Shown: in pieces, positions 48,526 through 58,029 of the stretch
Layout: every line of letters begins with the position of its first letter
Position numbering within the stretch: the stretch's first letter is position 1
The notes under the pieces: model-generated
Databases searched by the model: none
Seen by the model: the letters and a program-made list of their open reading frames with translations, nothing else
Told to the model about the DNA's origin: nothing
Program-made: the position numbers and the translations under genes
Assembly: GCA_965116885.1 (NCBI GenBank)
Contig: OZ220741.1
Location: forward strand, 512,001 to 576,000
Length of the DNA: 64,000 nt
Direction: 5' to 3'
Source of the DNA: Candidatus Latescibacterota bacterium
GTDB lineage: Bacteria > Latescibacterota > UBA2968

Positions 48526-50127
48526 TCACCGGGCGATCAGCATCGTCACTCGATGCGGCTCGGTGGTAGATGGGTAATGTAAGAGCATATCCTGCTTACC
48601 GTCCTTGTTGAGGTCCTCCAGCCAGGCATATTCCTCGTTGGGCATGGTGACCGACACTTTTTGAGGCCGCCGGGAGAACAAGTCCGGCCCTGGCACGCCG
48701 AGAAAGACGCGCAGTTCTTTCCGGCCCTGCTGTACCAACAGGTCCGAGTGTCTGTCGCCGTTCACATCTCCAATCAGCACGGTTGGAAAGTGTGCCGCCG
48801 CTTTTTCCCCTGACTCGCCGAGCGAGGTCGTTCTAATTTTTCGTCTGGCGTTCGGTTTGTCGGGATAGGTAGCATCTTCCATGCAGTAGAAGTGGAGATC
48901 CATCGACACGGAACGAGTCAGCAACGCGCTGACAAGCATGCCGATAGTCTTAAATATTCCGGGATTGATGATGGTGAACATCACGTCGGTCTGGCCGTCA
49001 TGGTCGATATCGTGCGGCTCCAGTCCGAACGGGATGCCGTCTGAGTGAATCACGGCACCGATATCTGGCGAGAAGAGAGTGCGGTCATGCGTCAGCGCGC
49101 CGAAATGCACCTCATAGGTGGAATGCATGCTCCACAGTTCGGATGTCTGTCCCAAGAAGCGGTTGCTCCCGCTCTCCAGCGAAAAAACTACGAGGTCTGC
49201 GACGCTGTCGCCATTCATGTCGGTTAGCGAGTGCAGCACCCGCCCTGTCATGTCTCCGCTCGCTGCGTGATCTTTACGCCGCTGGCGAACCCCCTCTGGC
49301 GCAACGAGCGAACCGAGATCATCGGAGTCGAATGATACATCGGTAGTGAAGATTATGGGCACCGATGCAAACAGCCCACGCTTGTCCTGAAGATGAACCT
49401 TGAAGTGGTCCTCATTCCAGAACACCAGGTCGCCAAGGCTATCTTGGTTGTAGTCCACTTCGTGGACACGTCCCTGAGCCCAGGGATTGTATCGATATCC
49501 GTCGTCCCCGTAGATTCTATCCATCTCAATAGAAGGACCGATCTTCACTGGATCAGCGAACGCACCGTCGCTCATCTGGATGAACACCCAGAAGCCATCG
49601 ACATCCGGCACGACCAGATCGTCGCGTTCGTCTCCATTCACATCCCGTGTGACATCTATATGGGAGATTTGGCCCTGGAGAGGAGGATTGAAGTTTGAAG
49701 TAATCTTCATCAGTGCGCGTTCTGTCGCCGATTCGGGATCGAACCAGTTCAGGCGGCCGGGCTCGTACGTAATCAACCGATCATGTCCACCGATGTTGGC
49801 TACATCGACGAACAACACTTCGGAACGCAACGTTGCGTCGAGTATCGGCACCCAAGTGTCGTCGCCGAACGCGTAGATGTGCAAACGGCGGTCGTTGTTT
49901 TCGTCTATGTTCACCACGACAAGTTCCGCGATGGTGCTACCGAGAAGAAATCCTGTCAAAACGGTTCGGTGTTTCGCAGAGCCGATGACGACCTCGTACT
50001 GCTCGAAAGTGAATTCGCTGGCAACAGGCTGTATCGGCTTGACCTCTTCGCTGAACAGACCCGAGTATCCCGATAAGAATACAGCAAAAAAAGACAGACT
50101 CTGAAGAAAAAATCTAAAAATAGGCAT
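48526..50127 (-). CDS. VCBS/FG-GAP repeat secreted protein
   Basis: Repeated DxNxDxxxDL motifs (DVNGDERDDL, DMNGDSVADL, DIDHDGQTD, DVNGDRHSDL, DLNKDGKQD). Confidence 0.8.
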   Translation of the reverse strand: MPIFRFFLQSLSFFAVFLSGYSGLFSEEVKPIQPVASEFTFEQYEVVIGSAKHRTVLTGFLLGSTIAELVVVNIDENNDRRLHIYAFGDDTWVPILDATLRSEVLFVDVANIGGHDRLITYEPGRLNWFDPESATERALMKITSNFNPPLQGQISHIDVTRDVNGDERDDLVVPDVDGFWVFIQMSDGAFADPVKIGPSIEMDRIYGDDGYRYNPWAQGRVHEVDYNQDSLGDLVFWNEDHFKVHLQDKRGLFASVPIIFTTDVSFDSDDLGSLVAPEGVRQRRKDHAASGDMTGRVLHSLTDMNGDSVADLVVFSLESGSNRFLGQTSELWSMHSTYEVHFGALTHDRTLFSPDIGAVIHSDGIPFGLEPHDIDHDGQTDVMFTIINPGIFKTIGMLVSALLTRSVSMDLHFYCMEDATYPDKPNARRKIRTTSLGESGEKAAAHFPTVLIGDVNGDRHSDLLVQQGRKELRVFLGVPGPDLFSRRPQKVSVTMPNEEYAWLEDLNKDGKQDMLLHYPSTTEPHRVTMLIAR

Positions 50128-50641
50128 GTATTCCTCCTCCTAAGTAAACGCCTGCAAGATCCTTAGTTTGAGATCGGATTTTTTTCCTACCAAATCCTTG
50201 ACCAATTTCCACATTTAGGCCGAGCGGAATTCCCCCAAGTGAAAACACAAGTTCGCCTCCAAAAGCAAGTCCACCTGCTAATGTTGTGGATTTGACAATC
50301 TCTTGACTCAGATCTTGCTCTTTTTTATCTCGCCAGCCACCTTCTAAAGTGAAATAAAGTCGAGATATAATCCACCTGCTTTGATGATCAAATATAGCAT
50401 ATGAAACGCCAGCACCTAACATATGGTCACTATCCTGACCATTGAGAATAAAACGTCCAACGGTTTGAAGATATACAGGTGCCAGTCCGGTATAGCGAAT
50501 ACTGATTCCACCAAATGCGGGTGTAGCTCCCTGAAGTCCGATACCGAAACTTTTGGTAAGATCAGTTTTTTGCGCCTGAGCCGAAAAACTGAAGATAAAA
50601 ATAAAGCAAAGGCAGATTAGGCAAGAAATTGAGCGTAGCAT
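50114..50641 (-). CDS. Small outer-membrane beta-barrel-like protein
   Basis: Signal peptide (AQA), beta strands, ends GGGIHAYF. Confidence 0.6.
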   Translation of the reverse strand: MLRSISCLICLCFIFIFSFSAQAQKTDLTKSFGIGLQGATPAFGGISIRYTGLAPVYLQTVGRFILNGQDSDHMLGAGVSYAIFDHQSRWIISRLYFTLEGGWRDKKEQDLSQEIVKSTTLAGGLAFGGELVFSLGGIPLGLNVEIGQGFGRKKIRSQTKDLAGVYLGGGIHAYF

Positions 50642-50847
50642 TGCATCCCCTCCGTCTATTTGAATAGATGAAAATCCGTTAGAAGCAGTTTTAAAAATCC
50701 TGACTATCTTTGAACAATTGATCGGTGTCTGCCATCCGTCCGACCGGAATTAGTACGCGATCAGATCTGCAGGACTAAAAAATATCGAGCAGTCATTTGA
50801 CCCTCCAATCGAGTGAAAAACCAGCGGTGTCTTAGTGTTCTACCTAA

Positions 50848-50876
50848 ATAATACACTCAAACAATTCATCTGTCAA
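50848..50876 (-). promoter_or_regulatory. Strong sigma70 promoter driving the accessory island
   Basis: Minus strand TTGACA-17 nt-TATTAT. Confidence 0.7.
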
Positions 50877-50880
50877 GCAG

Positions 50881-50921
50881 AAAAATAAAAACTCCTCAAA
50901 ACTTGAAAGCTTTGAGGAGTT
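50881..50921 (-). terminator. Intrinsic terminator downstream of the SBP gene
   Basis: AACTCCTCAAA/TTTGAGGAGTT followed by a T-rich tract on the minus strand. Confidence 0.75.
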
Positions 50922-50951
50922 AATTATCGATCTATTTGCCGCGATGACACA

Positions 50952-50978
50952 CGGGACGGCACAGGGGCCGTCCCCTAC
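50952..50978 (-). repeat. GTAG-type REP-like palindrome, copy 5
   Basis: Identical to 9326-9352. Confidence 0.8.
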
Positions 50979-51010
50979 AACAACATACCACGATGACAGC
51001 ACTAATTATA

Positions 51011-52372
51011 TCATTGCTCTTGCCACATCCTGGCCCGGGTCATGAAAACTGAGGGATCTTGTCGCCACTCTCCATAGCCGATACGCTGGTCATCCGTTAG
51101 ATAATTGATCTTATCATCGATACATGCAGCCAAATCCGCATCTTCCACACCAAGGGTAAAACCGCCATACTCAACCGCCGCATCCAGCGCCGTCACCACA
51201 AACGCACCACCCGAAGCGTGAACCGCATCGCGGTTGCCGATCTCTCCTCGCGCCAGGGCATCTACCCTACCAGACGCAAGCGCACCGAGTAATTCCTCTT
51301 CCCTCAGATAAACCACCTGCGGCATCGTATCTACAGCCGGGAAAATGCGCTGCCTGCCCTCGAGGTTCGGCGACGCGCCAGCAGCAGTAATAAAATAATC
51401 TGCACTCCCATCGACGACCACCGTGTCCATTTGCGTTTCAACGCGCACACCCTCAGCGAGTACACCATCGGCATTGACCAGACCCGTCAACACCAGCAAA
51501 CGGGCCTCCCCCGTCGTACTCGCCAGCACGCCCACGCGCACATCGCTCGTCAAATCATCGTGACTCGCCCAGCGCGCCCCATCTTCGGCACGCACCAGAA
51601 GCGACTGCCGAAACGCAATATGCCCCGAAGTAAACGTCACCACCTGATTGCCCATCTCATCCCGGGTTCGAGAATCCAGAATCGTAATCCCACCGCCGAC
51701 AACATCGTATTCTGCGTCAGCCGACAGCAGCCAGATATTGGGCCATATATCAATACCCCGCCGAGAAAACGACAACCCCGCACCATCCATCGCTTCGAGA
51801 GCCGTCAACAAATCCGCCTCATAACCCACATGCGTATTAAACCCCGCAGAATTCGGATCGGGATCAGCACTGGAACTAACCGGCGCAAAAAAAGCGAAAA
51901 AACCAAAATTAAGCACGCGATCCGCGCAAGCCGAAGACGGAGACATCACATTCGCCCTCCCTCCAACGGGCAAATTGACCACCACCTCATCACCGGCATT
52001 AATCGGAATACTCGTCCACAACCCAATCACGCTACCACCCTGCGATACACGCGCTTGATAATAACCCGTCGCATCGCCCGCAATCTCCAACCGCGCCCGA
52101 CCCTCTTCATCCGTCATCCCCGACCACGCATACTCTGCCGCCTGACCCGCAATAGAACGCGCAAATTCTACCATTGCACCACTCACCGGCGCATCATCCC
52201 GTCGCACAGACGCCACCACCACAGCCCCCGACGCATTGTCTTGCACCGCCAGCTTACTCAGCGGCTGCCCAACCTGCTCATCCACCGCCATCATCACGCG
52301 CTCGTCGCCACAGTGCCACATCAATCCCGCGACAAGGACCAGCACAAACACACTGCCAAACCTTCTGAACAT
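51011..52372 (-). CDS. Lipoprotein: N-terminal beta-sandwich domain fused to a family-3 (amino-acid) solute-binding domain
   Basis: Signal ending in Cys (LMWHC); GYEADLL, DVVGGGITI...R, VGVLASTTGE, LASGRVDA. Confidence 0.65.
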   Translation of the reverse strand: MFRRFGSVFVLVLVAGLMWHCGDERVMMAVDEQVGQPLSKLAVQDNASGAVVVASVRRDDAPVSGAMVEFARSIAGQAAEYAWSGMTDEEGRARLEIAGDATGYYQARVSQGGSVIGLWTSIPINAGDEVVVNLPVGGRANVMSPSSACADRVLNFGFFAFFAPVSSSADPDPNSAGFNTHVGYEADLLTALEAMDGAGLSFSRRGIDIWPNIWLLSADAEYDVVGGGITILDSRTRDEMGNQVVTFTSGHIAFRQSLLVRAEDGARWASHDDLTSDVRVGVLASTTGEARLLVLTGLVNADGVLAEGVRVETQMDTVVVDGSADYFITAAGASPNLEGRQRIFPAVDTMPQVVYLREEELLGALASGRVDALARGEIGNRDAVHASGGAFVVTALDAAVEYGGFTLGVEDADLAACIDDKINYLTDDQRIGYGEWRQDPSVFMTRARMWQEQ

Positions 52373-52394
52373 AATCCTTATTCCCCCGCTATAT

Positions 52395-52592
52395 TTACTC
52401 ATCTCTCTTGTGCTTCATCCTTTGATAGCGCGTCACCTGATTCTTATTTTTTACAAAAGCAACCACAACGATCACCACAAACACACCAACAGCCAACAGA
52501 CTTCCCACCTCTTTTTTGGGATGATCCATCCACCACGCCAGAGCAATCACCGCCCCAACGGATATGCCAGCCATTACAATCTCGCGTATCAT
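52395..52592 (-). CDS. Small two-TM membrane protein
   Basis: Purine-rich RBS, two hydrophobic segments, basic tail. Confidence 0.4.
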   Translation of the reverse strand: MIREIVMAGISVGAVIALAWWMDHPKKEVGSLLAVGVFVVIVVVAFVKNKNQVTRYQRMKHKRDE

Positions 52593-52769
52593 TTGCTTGC
52601 CCCTTCATAAATGTAATACCCTTCAAACACCCAACACCACGCATCCATCAAAAAATACACCATCGACAAATTCCAGTCCACACAAAAAGACTGACATAGG
52701 CACAGGCACAAGTAACACTATCTTCTTAATGATTTTCTGTGTATCTTAACAAATATTGGTCAGCGATCT

Positions 52770-52854
52770 GACCTCTCCCCCCGGCCCCCTCTCCTGAAAG
52801 GAAAGGGGGAGTGTATAGCGAAGTGGCGCGAGTAACGAACCGGGGGGTAGATCT
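52770..52854. repeat. C/G-rich hairpin repeat, diverged copy
   Basis: GACCTCTCCCCCCGGCCCCCTCTCC..GGAAAGGGGG...CCGGGGGGTAGATC. Confidence 0.55.
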
Positions 52855-52888
52855 GTTCTCACTTCACACTTCTTACTTCACACTTCAC

Positions 52889-54250
52889 ATGCTCTTAACC
52901 ATCACAACCACATACAACCCCGCAACCGACCTGGGCTATCTGTTACACAAACATCCCGGACGCGCACAAACGTTTGACTTGTCTTTTGGTCGCGCACATG
53001 TATTTTATCCCGAAGCCACAGATGAAAAATGCACGGCTGCTCTATTGCTCGACCTCGACACCATTGGCCTCAAACGCCGTCGCCAAAACACCTTTGCACT
53101 TCGCGATTACGTCACCGACCGGCCCTATGTCGCCTCCTCGTTCACCAGCGTAGCCATCGCCCGCGTATATGGCAGCGCGCTCAAAGGCCAGTGCGCCGAC
53201 CGACCCGACCTCGTTACCCGGTCCATCCCCTTGCGCGCAGAAATCCACGTTCTCCCTTGTCGCGGTGGCGACCAGCTACTCAACGACCTGTTTCAGCCAT
53301 TGGGATATAAAGTCACAGCCAAACCGCACCGTCTCGACGAAAAATTCTCAGAATGGGGGTACAGCCCGTATTACACCGTCGCACTCGAAGCAAACATCCC
53401 ACTAAAAAACCTGCTCACCCATCTCTACGTCCTTATCCCCGTACTCGACGACGACAAACACTACTTCGTCAGCCAGTCAGAAATCGACACCCTGATGCGC
53501 CGCGGCGAAGGCTGGTTATCAGACCACCCCAAACGCGACCTCATCATAGACCGATACCTCAGACACCAGCGCATCCTCACCCAGGAAGCCTATCGCCTTA
53601 TGGATGAACAGCCCTTAGAGCGCAACATCAAAGACAACGAACTCGTCGTCGAAAACAACCTCAGGCTGAACCAGCAACGGCACAATGCCGTACTCAAAGA
53701 ACTCGAAATCAGCGGCGCACAACGCGTACTCGACCTCGGCTGCGGTGAAGGTCACTTCACACAAGTCTTGTCAGAACACCCCCAATTTACCAAAATCCTC
53801 GGCCTGGAAGTTTCACACTATGCCTTGAGCCGCGCTCATAAACGCCTTGAGCAACCCATACAGCGCAACCGCGTAGAACTCATTCACGGATCGCTATTCT
53901 ACCGCGACACGCGCCTCGATGGCTATGACGCCGCAGTACTCCTGGAAGTTATCGAACACCTCGACCCATCGCGATTGCCCGTCTTCGAACGCGTCATATT
54001 TGAATATGCCCAACCCAACACCGTCATCATCACCACCCCAAATGCCGACTTCAACGTGCGCTGGGAATCTCTCCCTGCCGGACAATTTCGCCACCCCGAC
54101 CACCGGTTCGAATGGTCGCGCAAACAATTTCAACACTGGACACAAAGCGTCGAAAAAAAATTCAACTACAGTACAACAATCAAACCCATCGGTCCCGTAG
54201 ATCCCAAAGCAGGCCCGCCAACGCAAATGGCCGTATTCAATAAAAAATAA
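52889..54250 (+). CDS. hen1: 3'-terminal RNA ribose 2'-O-methyltransferase Hen1
   Basis: MLLTITTT..PATDLGYLLHKHP, YVTDRPY.ASS, LIPVLDDDKHY, VLDLGCGEG, EVIEH, FRHPDHRFEW. Confidence 0.95.
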   Translation: MLLTITTTYNPATDLGYLLHKHPGRAQTFDLSFGRAHVFYPEATDEKCTAALLLDLDTIGLKRRRQNTFALRDYVTDRPYVASSFTSVAIARVYGSALKGQCADRPDLVTRSIPLRAEIHVLPCRGGDQLLNDLFQPLGYKVTAKPHRLDEKFSEWGYSPYYTVALEANIPLKNLLTHLYVLIPVLDDDKHYFVSQSEIDTLMRRGEGWLSDHPKRDLIIDRYLRHQRILTQEAYRLMDEQPLERNIKDNELVVENNLRLNQQRHNAVLKELEISGAQRVLDLGCGEGHFTQVLSEHPQFTKILGLEVSHYALSRAHKRLEQPIQRNRVELIHGSLFYRDTRLDGYDAAVLLEVIEHLDPSRLPVFERVIFEYAQPNTVIITTPNADFNVRWESLPAGQFRHPDHRFEWSRKQFQHWTQSVEKKFNYSTTIKPIGPVDPKAGPPTQMAVFNKK

Positions 54251-54253
54251 ACC

Positions 54254-56785
54254 ATGAACATCACAATCCCCGAAATCGCACTCGTCGTCCTTATCGGCGT
54301 ATCTGGCTCTGGCAAATCCACATTTGCCAAAACCCACTTCAAACCGACCGAAGTCCTCTCCTCCGACTATTTCCGCGGACTCATAAGCGACGACGAAACC
54401 GACCAGACCATCACAAAAGAGGCATTTGAAACCCTCCACTACGTGGCCGCCAAACGCCTCGCCAATTACAAACTCACCGTTATCGACGCCACCAGCGTAC
54501 AGGAAAGCGCCCGCAAACCCCTCGTCGCACTGGCCAAACAACATCACGTCTTCCCCATCGCCATCGTCCTCGACATGCCCGAAGACCTCTGCCGCGAGCG
54601 CAACAAACACCGCCCAGACCGCAACTTTGCACATCGCGTCATCGCGCAACAACGCCATCAACTCCGCCGCTCGTTCAAACGCCTCAAACGCGAAGGATTT
54701 CGCCGCATCTACACCCTGCGCTCGGAAAACGAGGTCCAGCGCGCGTGCATCACACGCGAAAAAGTTTGGCCCAACCGCCGCGACGACCACGGGCCCTTTG
54801 ACATCATTGGCGATGTACACGGCTGTTACGACGAACTCCTCGCGCTACTCGACAAACTCGGCTACGACATTCAGCCCAACCACATAACACCACCGCCAGG
54901 GCGCAAAGCCATCTTCCTCGGCGATCTCGTAGATCGCGGTCCCAAAACACCCCAGGTACTCGACCTCGTCATGCAAATGGTCAATTCCGGCGCCGCCCTC
55001 TGCATCCCCGGCAATCACGACACGCGCCTCGTTCGCGCGCTACAGGGCAAAAAGGTCAGACCCACTTATGGTCTTTCCGAAACCCTCGAACAACTCGAAC
55101 TATATCCCACTGAAGACCACAAACGCTATGCAAAATTCCTCGACAACCTCGTCAGCCACTACATACTCGACGACGGCAACCTCATCGTTGCACACGCCGG
55201 AATGAAAGAAGAACTGGCCGGACGCACCTCGGGCACCGTACGCGCCTTCGCACTATACGGCGAAACCACGGGCGAAACCGACGAATATGGCCTGCCCGTC
55301 CGCATCAACTGGGCAGCGCAATACCGCGGCAAAGCCACCGTCGTCTATGGACATACCCCCGTATCCCATCCCGAATGGCTCAACAACACCATCAACATCG
55401 ACACGGGCTGCACCTATGGCGGCGCACTCACTGCCCTGCGCTATCCCGAAAAAGAATGCGTCTCCGTACCCGCGCTCAAAACATATAGCAAACCCGCGCG
55501 CCCTCTTACCTCTAAGACCTCCCGCTCTGCACAGCAAACACACGACGACATGCTCGACATCGACGACGTCAACGGCAAACGCGCTGTAGATACCTTTCTC
55601 ATCCCGCGCATCACCATCCGCGAAGAACACGCCATTGCCGCACTCGAAATCATGAGCCGCTACGCCATCGATCCCAAATGGCTGATCTACCTGCCGCCGA
55701 CCATGTCCCCATCAAAACCCAGTCCGCGTCCCAATATCCTCGAACACCCCGACGAAGCCTATGCCTACTATCGGGAAAACGACATCACCAGGGTCATAGC
55801 CGAAGAAAAACACATGGGATCCCGCGCCATTGTCATCCTGTGCAAAAATGACGATATTGCCCGCACGCGTTTTGGCCTATCCGAACCCGCACCCGGCGCG
55901 TGTTATACCCGAACGGGCCGTTCCTTCTTTGACGACACACGCCTCGAAATCGCATTCCTTAAACGCCTCCAAAACGCCGTCTCCAAAGCCGACCTCTGGA
56001 AAAGCCTCAACACCACCTGGATAGCCCTCGACTGCGAACTCATGCCCTGGTCTGCCCGCGCACAACAACTGTTGCAAGAACAATACGCGGCTGTCGGCGC
56101 ATCTGCCCGCGCATCTCTAAACGCCACCATCGAGGCCCTCAACGCCAACAGCAACATCGACGTCGCCGATTGGCTCGCCAAATACAAAGATCGCTCACAG
56201 CGCATCGACCGCTATATCCACGCGTACCGCGCCTACTGCTGGCCCGTTCACAATCTCACAGACCTCAAACTCGCGCCCTTTCACATCCTCGCCACAGAAG
56301 GAAGCGTTCATCACAATCAGCCCCACACCTATCACATGGAAACCCTCTCAAAACTGTGCACGGCCGATCCCGAACTCTTCCATACCACATCATATCGCAT
56401 CGTCGATCTCAACGACGCGCAAAGTTGTGCCAACACCACTGCCTGGTGGAAAGAAAAAACAGCAGAGGGAAGCGAAGGCATGGTCGTCAAACCCCTGAAT
56501 TTCATCGCGCGGAACAAAAAAGACAGGCTGATTCAGCCCGCCATCAAATGCCGAGGCCGCGAATACCTCCGCATCATCTACGGTCCCGAATACACCACCC
56601 CCGAAAATCTCGAAAAATTGCGCTGGCGCAATGTCAAAACCAAGCAATCCCTCGCCCTGCGCGAATTTGCCCTGGGCCTCGAAGCCCTCAGCCGCTTCGT
56701 TCAAAACGAGCCCCTGCGCCGCATCCACGAATGCGTCTTCGGCGTTCTCGCGCTCGAAACAGAACCCGTGGATCCGCGGCTGTAG
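54254..56785 (+). CDS. pnkp: Polynucleotide kinase-phosphatase-ligase Pnkp
   Basis: GVSGSGKST, IGDVHG, GDLVDRG, PGNHD, EEKHMGSR, EGMVVKP, EPVDPRL. Confidence 0.95.
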   Translation: MNITIPEIALVVLIGVSGSGKSTFAKTHFKPTEVLSSDYFRGLISDDETDQTITKEAFETLHYVAAKRLANYKLTVIDATSVQESARKPLVALAKQHHVFPIAIVLDMPEDLCRERNKHRPDRNFAHRVIAQQRHQLRRSFKRLKREGFRRIYTLRSENEVQRACITREKVWPNRRDDHGPFDIIGDVHGCYDELLALLDKLGYDIQPNHITPPPGRKAIFLGDLVDRGPKTPQVLDLVMQMVNSGAALCIPGNHDTRLVRALQGKKVRPTYGLSETLEQLELYPTEDHKRYAKFLDNLVSHYILDDGNLIVAHAGMKEELAGRTSGTVRAFALYGETTGETDEYGLPVRINWAAQYRGKATVVYGHTPVSHPEWLNNTINIDTGCTYGGALTALRYPEKECVSVPALKTYSKPARPLTSKTSRSAQQTHDDMLDIDDVNGKRAVDTFLIPRITIREEHAIAALEIMSRYAIDPKWLIYLPPTMSPSKPSPRPNILEHPDEAYAYYRENDITRVIAEEKHMGSRAIVILCKNDDIARTRFGLSEPAPGACYTRTGRSFFDDTRLEIAFLKRLQNAVSKADLWKSLNTTWIALDCELMPWSARAQQLLQEQYAAVGASARASLNATIEALNANSNIDVADWLAKYKDRSQRIDRYIHAYRAYCWPVHNLTDLKLAPFHILATEGSVHHNQPHTYHMETLSKLCTADPELFHTTSYRIVDLNDAQSCANTTAWWKEKTAEGSEGMVVKPLNFIARNKKDRLIQPAIKCRGREYLRIIYGPEYTTPENLEKLRWRNVKTKQSLALREFALGLEALSRFVQNEPLRRIHECVFGVLALETEPVDPRL

Positions 56786-56803
56786 TCAGGAAGGAGTGTT
56801 GCC

Positions 56804-57958
56804 ATGTTTTTAAAAAAAGGAATCCTGTTTAGTATCGCCCTTGCATTACTGGCCTTTGTGAGTCAAGCCTCTGCCGGTCCCAATGCAAATGCAACATTAT
56901 CGCTTGATCTCATTCCCGATGGGGGGCCAGGCAATCAAACAGATGAGGGTGTGACCTCAGGCACAGTCTCTGGGCAGGGCACAAAAATTGCCGTTGAAAT
57001 CTTCGCAAAAGGTGTAACCACACCTCTCGCCGGGGTGATAGTCATATTTGACTTTGATCCTGCTATTTTAACGTTTGACAAAGCCGAGAACAGTGCATTT
57101 CAATTTCCTGTTCCAGAACCAGACTCGACTGGCACAAACTTCGCCACACATCCCCCTGTCACCTTGCCGGAATCCGGTTTTCTGGCACGCGCTGAATTTA
57201 CCACTGCAATGGATGTAACGGATAAGACATTTACCCTTGGCATTAAAATGGTTTCACTTGCTCAAAGCGTAGCAGTAATCGACGAAATCACAACGACAAA
57301 TGTCATATCGTTTAACGAGCCTGTAATCGACGAATTTAAAGGCCTGCAACTCCACCTCGACACACAAATTGAAACGCCCACTACACAGAACAACAAGCTG
57401 ATCATTCCCGAACAAACAGCTGGCGATACAATACAATTTCAACTATTTATTCCAATGGCCGCAGGCAAACAAACTTATGGTTACGAAATAGAACTCGACC
57501 TGCCCGGCAAGACGTTTTCCGACTACATCGGCAGCATATCGGGCACGAGCTTTACGGACGCACCTCTGCGCCAAACACCGGATCGCCCTATCCTGTCCGC
57601 ACTGCTCATCTCTACTCCTGCTGTGCCTGAAAATGGTTATATCGGCCAGATTGACTTGCAAGTGACCAATACCCTTGAAGTGGAGACAACGCTCATTGTC
57701 AAAACCGCTTCAATGGCCGGTCTCAGTGGACAACAGGACTCATTGGATGTGTCCAACGCCGTGATCACTGTTACTATCATTTCCGGCGATTTCGATGGCG
57801 ACCTCGACGTTGACTTTGCCGATTTTCTCGCCTTTACCGGCGTTTTTGGATTATCGTCATCAGATGCAAATTACGATGCCCGTATGGATATGAACGATGA
57901 TGGTGTTATTAACTTTGCCGATTTTCTCATCTTTGTTGACGTTTTTGGCACCACGTAA
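56804..57958 (+). CDS. Secreted protein with cohesin-like beta domains and C-terminal dockerin-like duplicated EF-hand
   Basis: Signal peptide; GDFDGDLDVDFADFL..F and DMNDDGVINFADFL..F. Confidence 0.65.
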   Translation: MFLKKGILFSIALALLAFVSQASAGPNANATLSLDLIPDGGPGNQTDEGVTSGTVSGQGTKIAVEIFAKGVTTPLAGVIVIFDFDPAILTFDKAENSAFQFPVPEPDSTGTNFATHPPVTLPESGFLARAEFTTAMDVTDKTFTLGIKMVSLAQSVAVIDEITTTNVISFNEPVIDEFKGLQLHLDTQIETPTTQNNKLIIPEQTAGDTIQFQLFIPMAAGKQTYGYEIELDLPGKTFSDYIGSISGTSFTDAPLRQTPDRPILSALLISTPAVPENGYIGQIDLQVTNTLEVETTLIVKTASMAGLSGQQDSLDVSNAVITVTIISGDFDGDLDVDFADFLAFTGVFGLSSSDANYDARMDMNDDGVINFADFLIFVDVFGTT

Positions 57959-58029
57959 ATAGACGAAGTCCGATTTCTTGCGATCAACTTAAACCATCGA
58001 GCTACGGCTCGCTACAAAAAGGAGCTCTC

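Noticed and set aside
9318..52854. CRISPR array or integron attC array from the palindromic repeats
   Set aside because: Copies are kilobases apart and solitary; no regular spacers, cas genes, integrase or attC core sites were seen.
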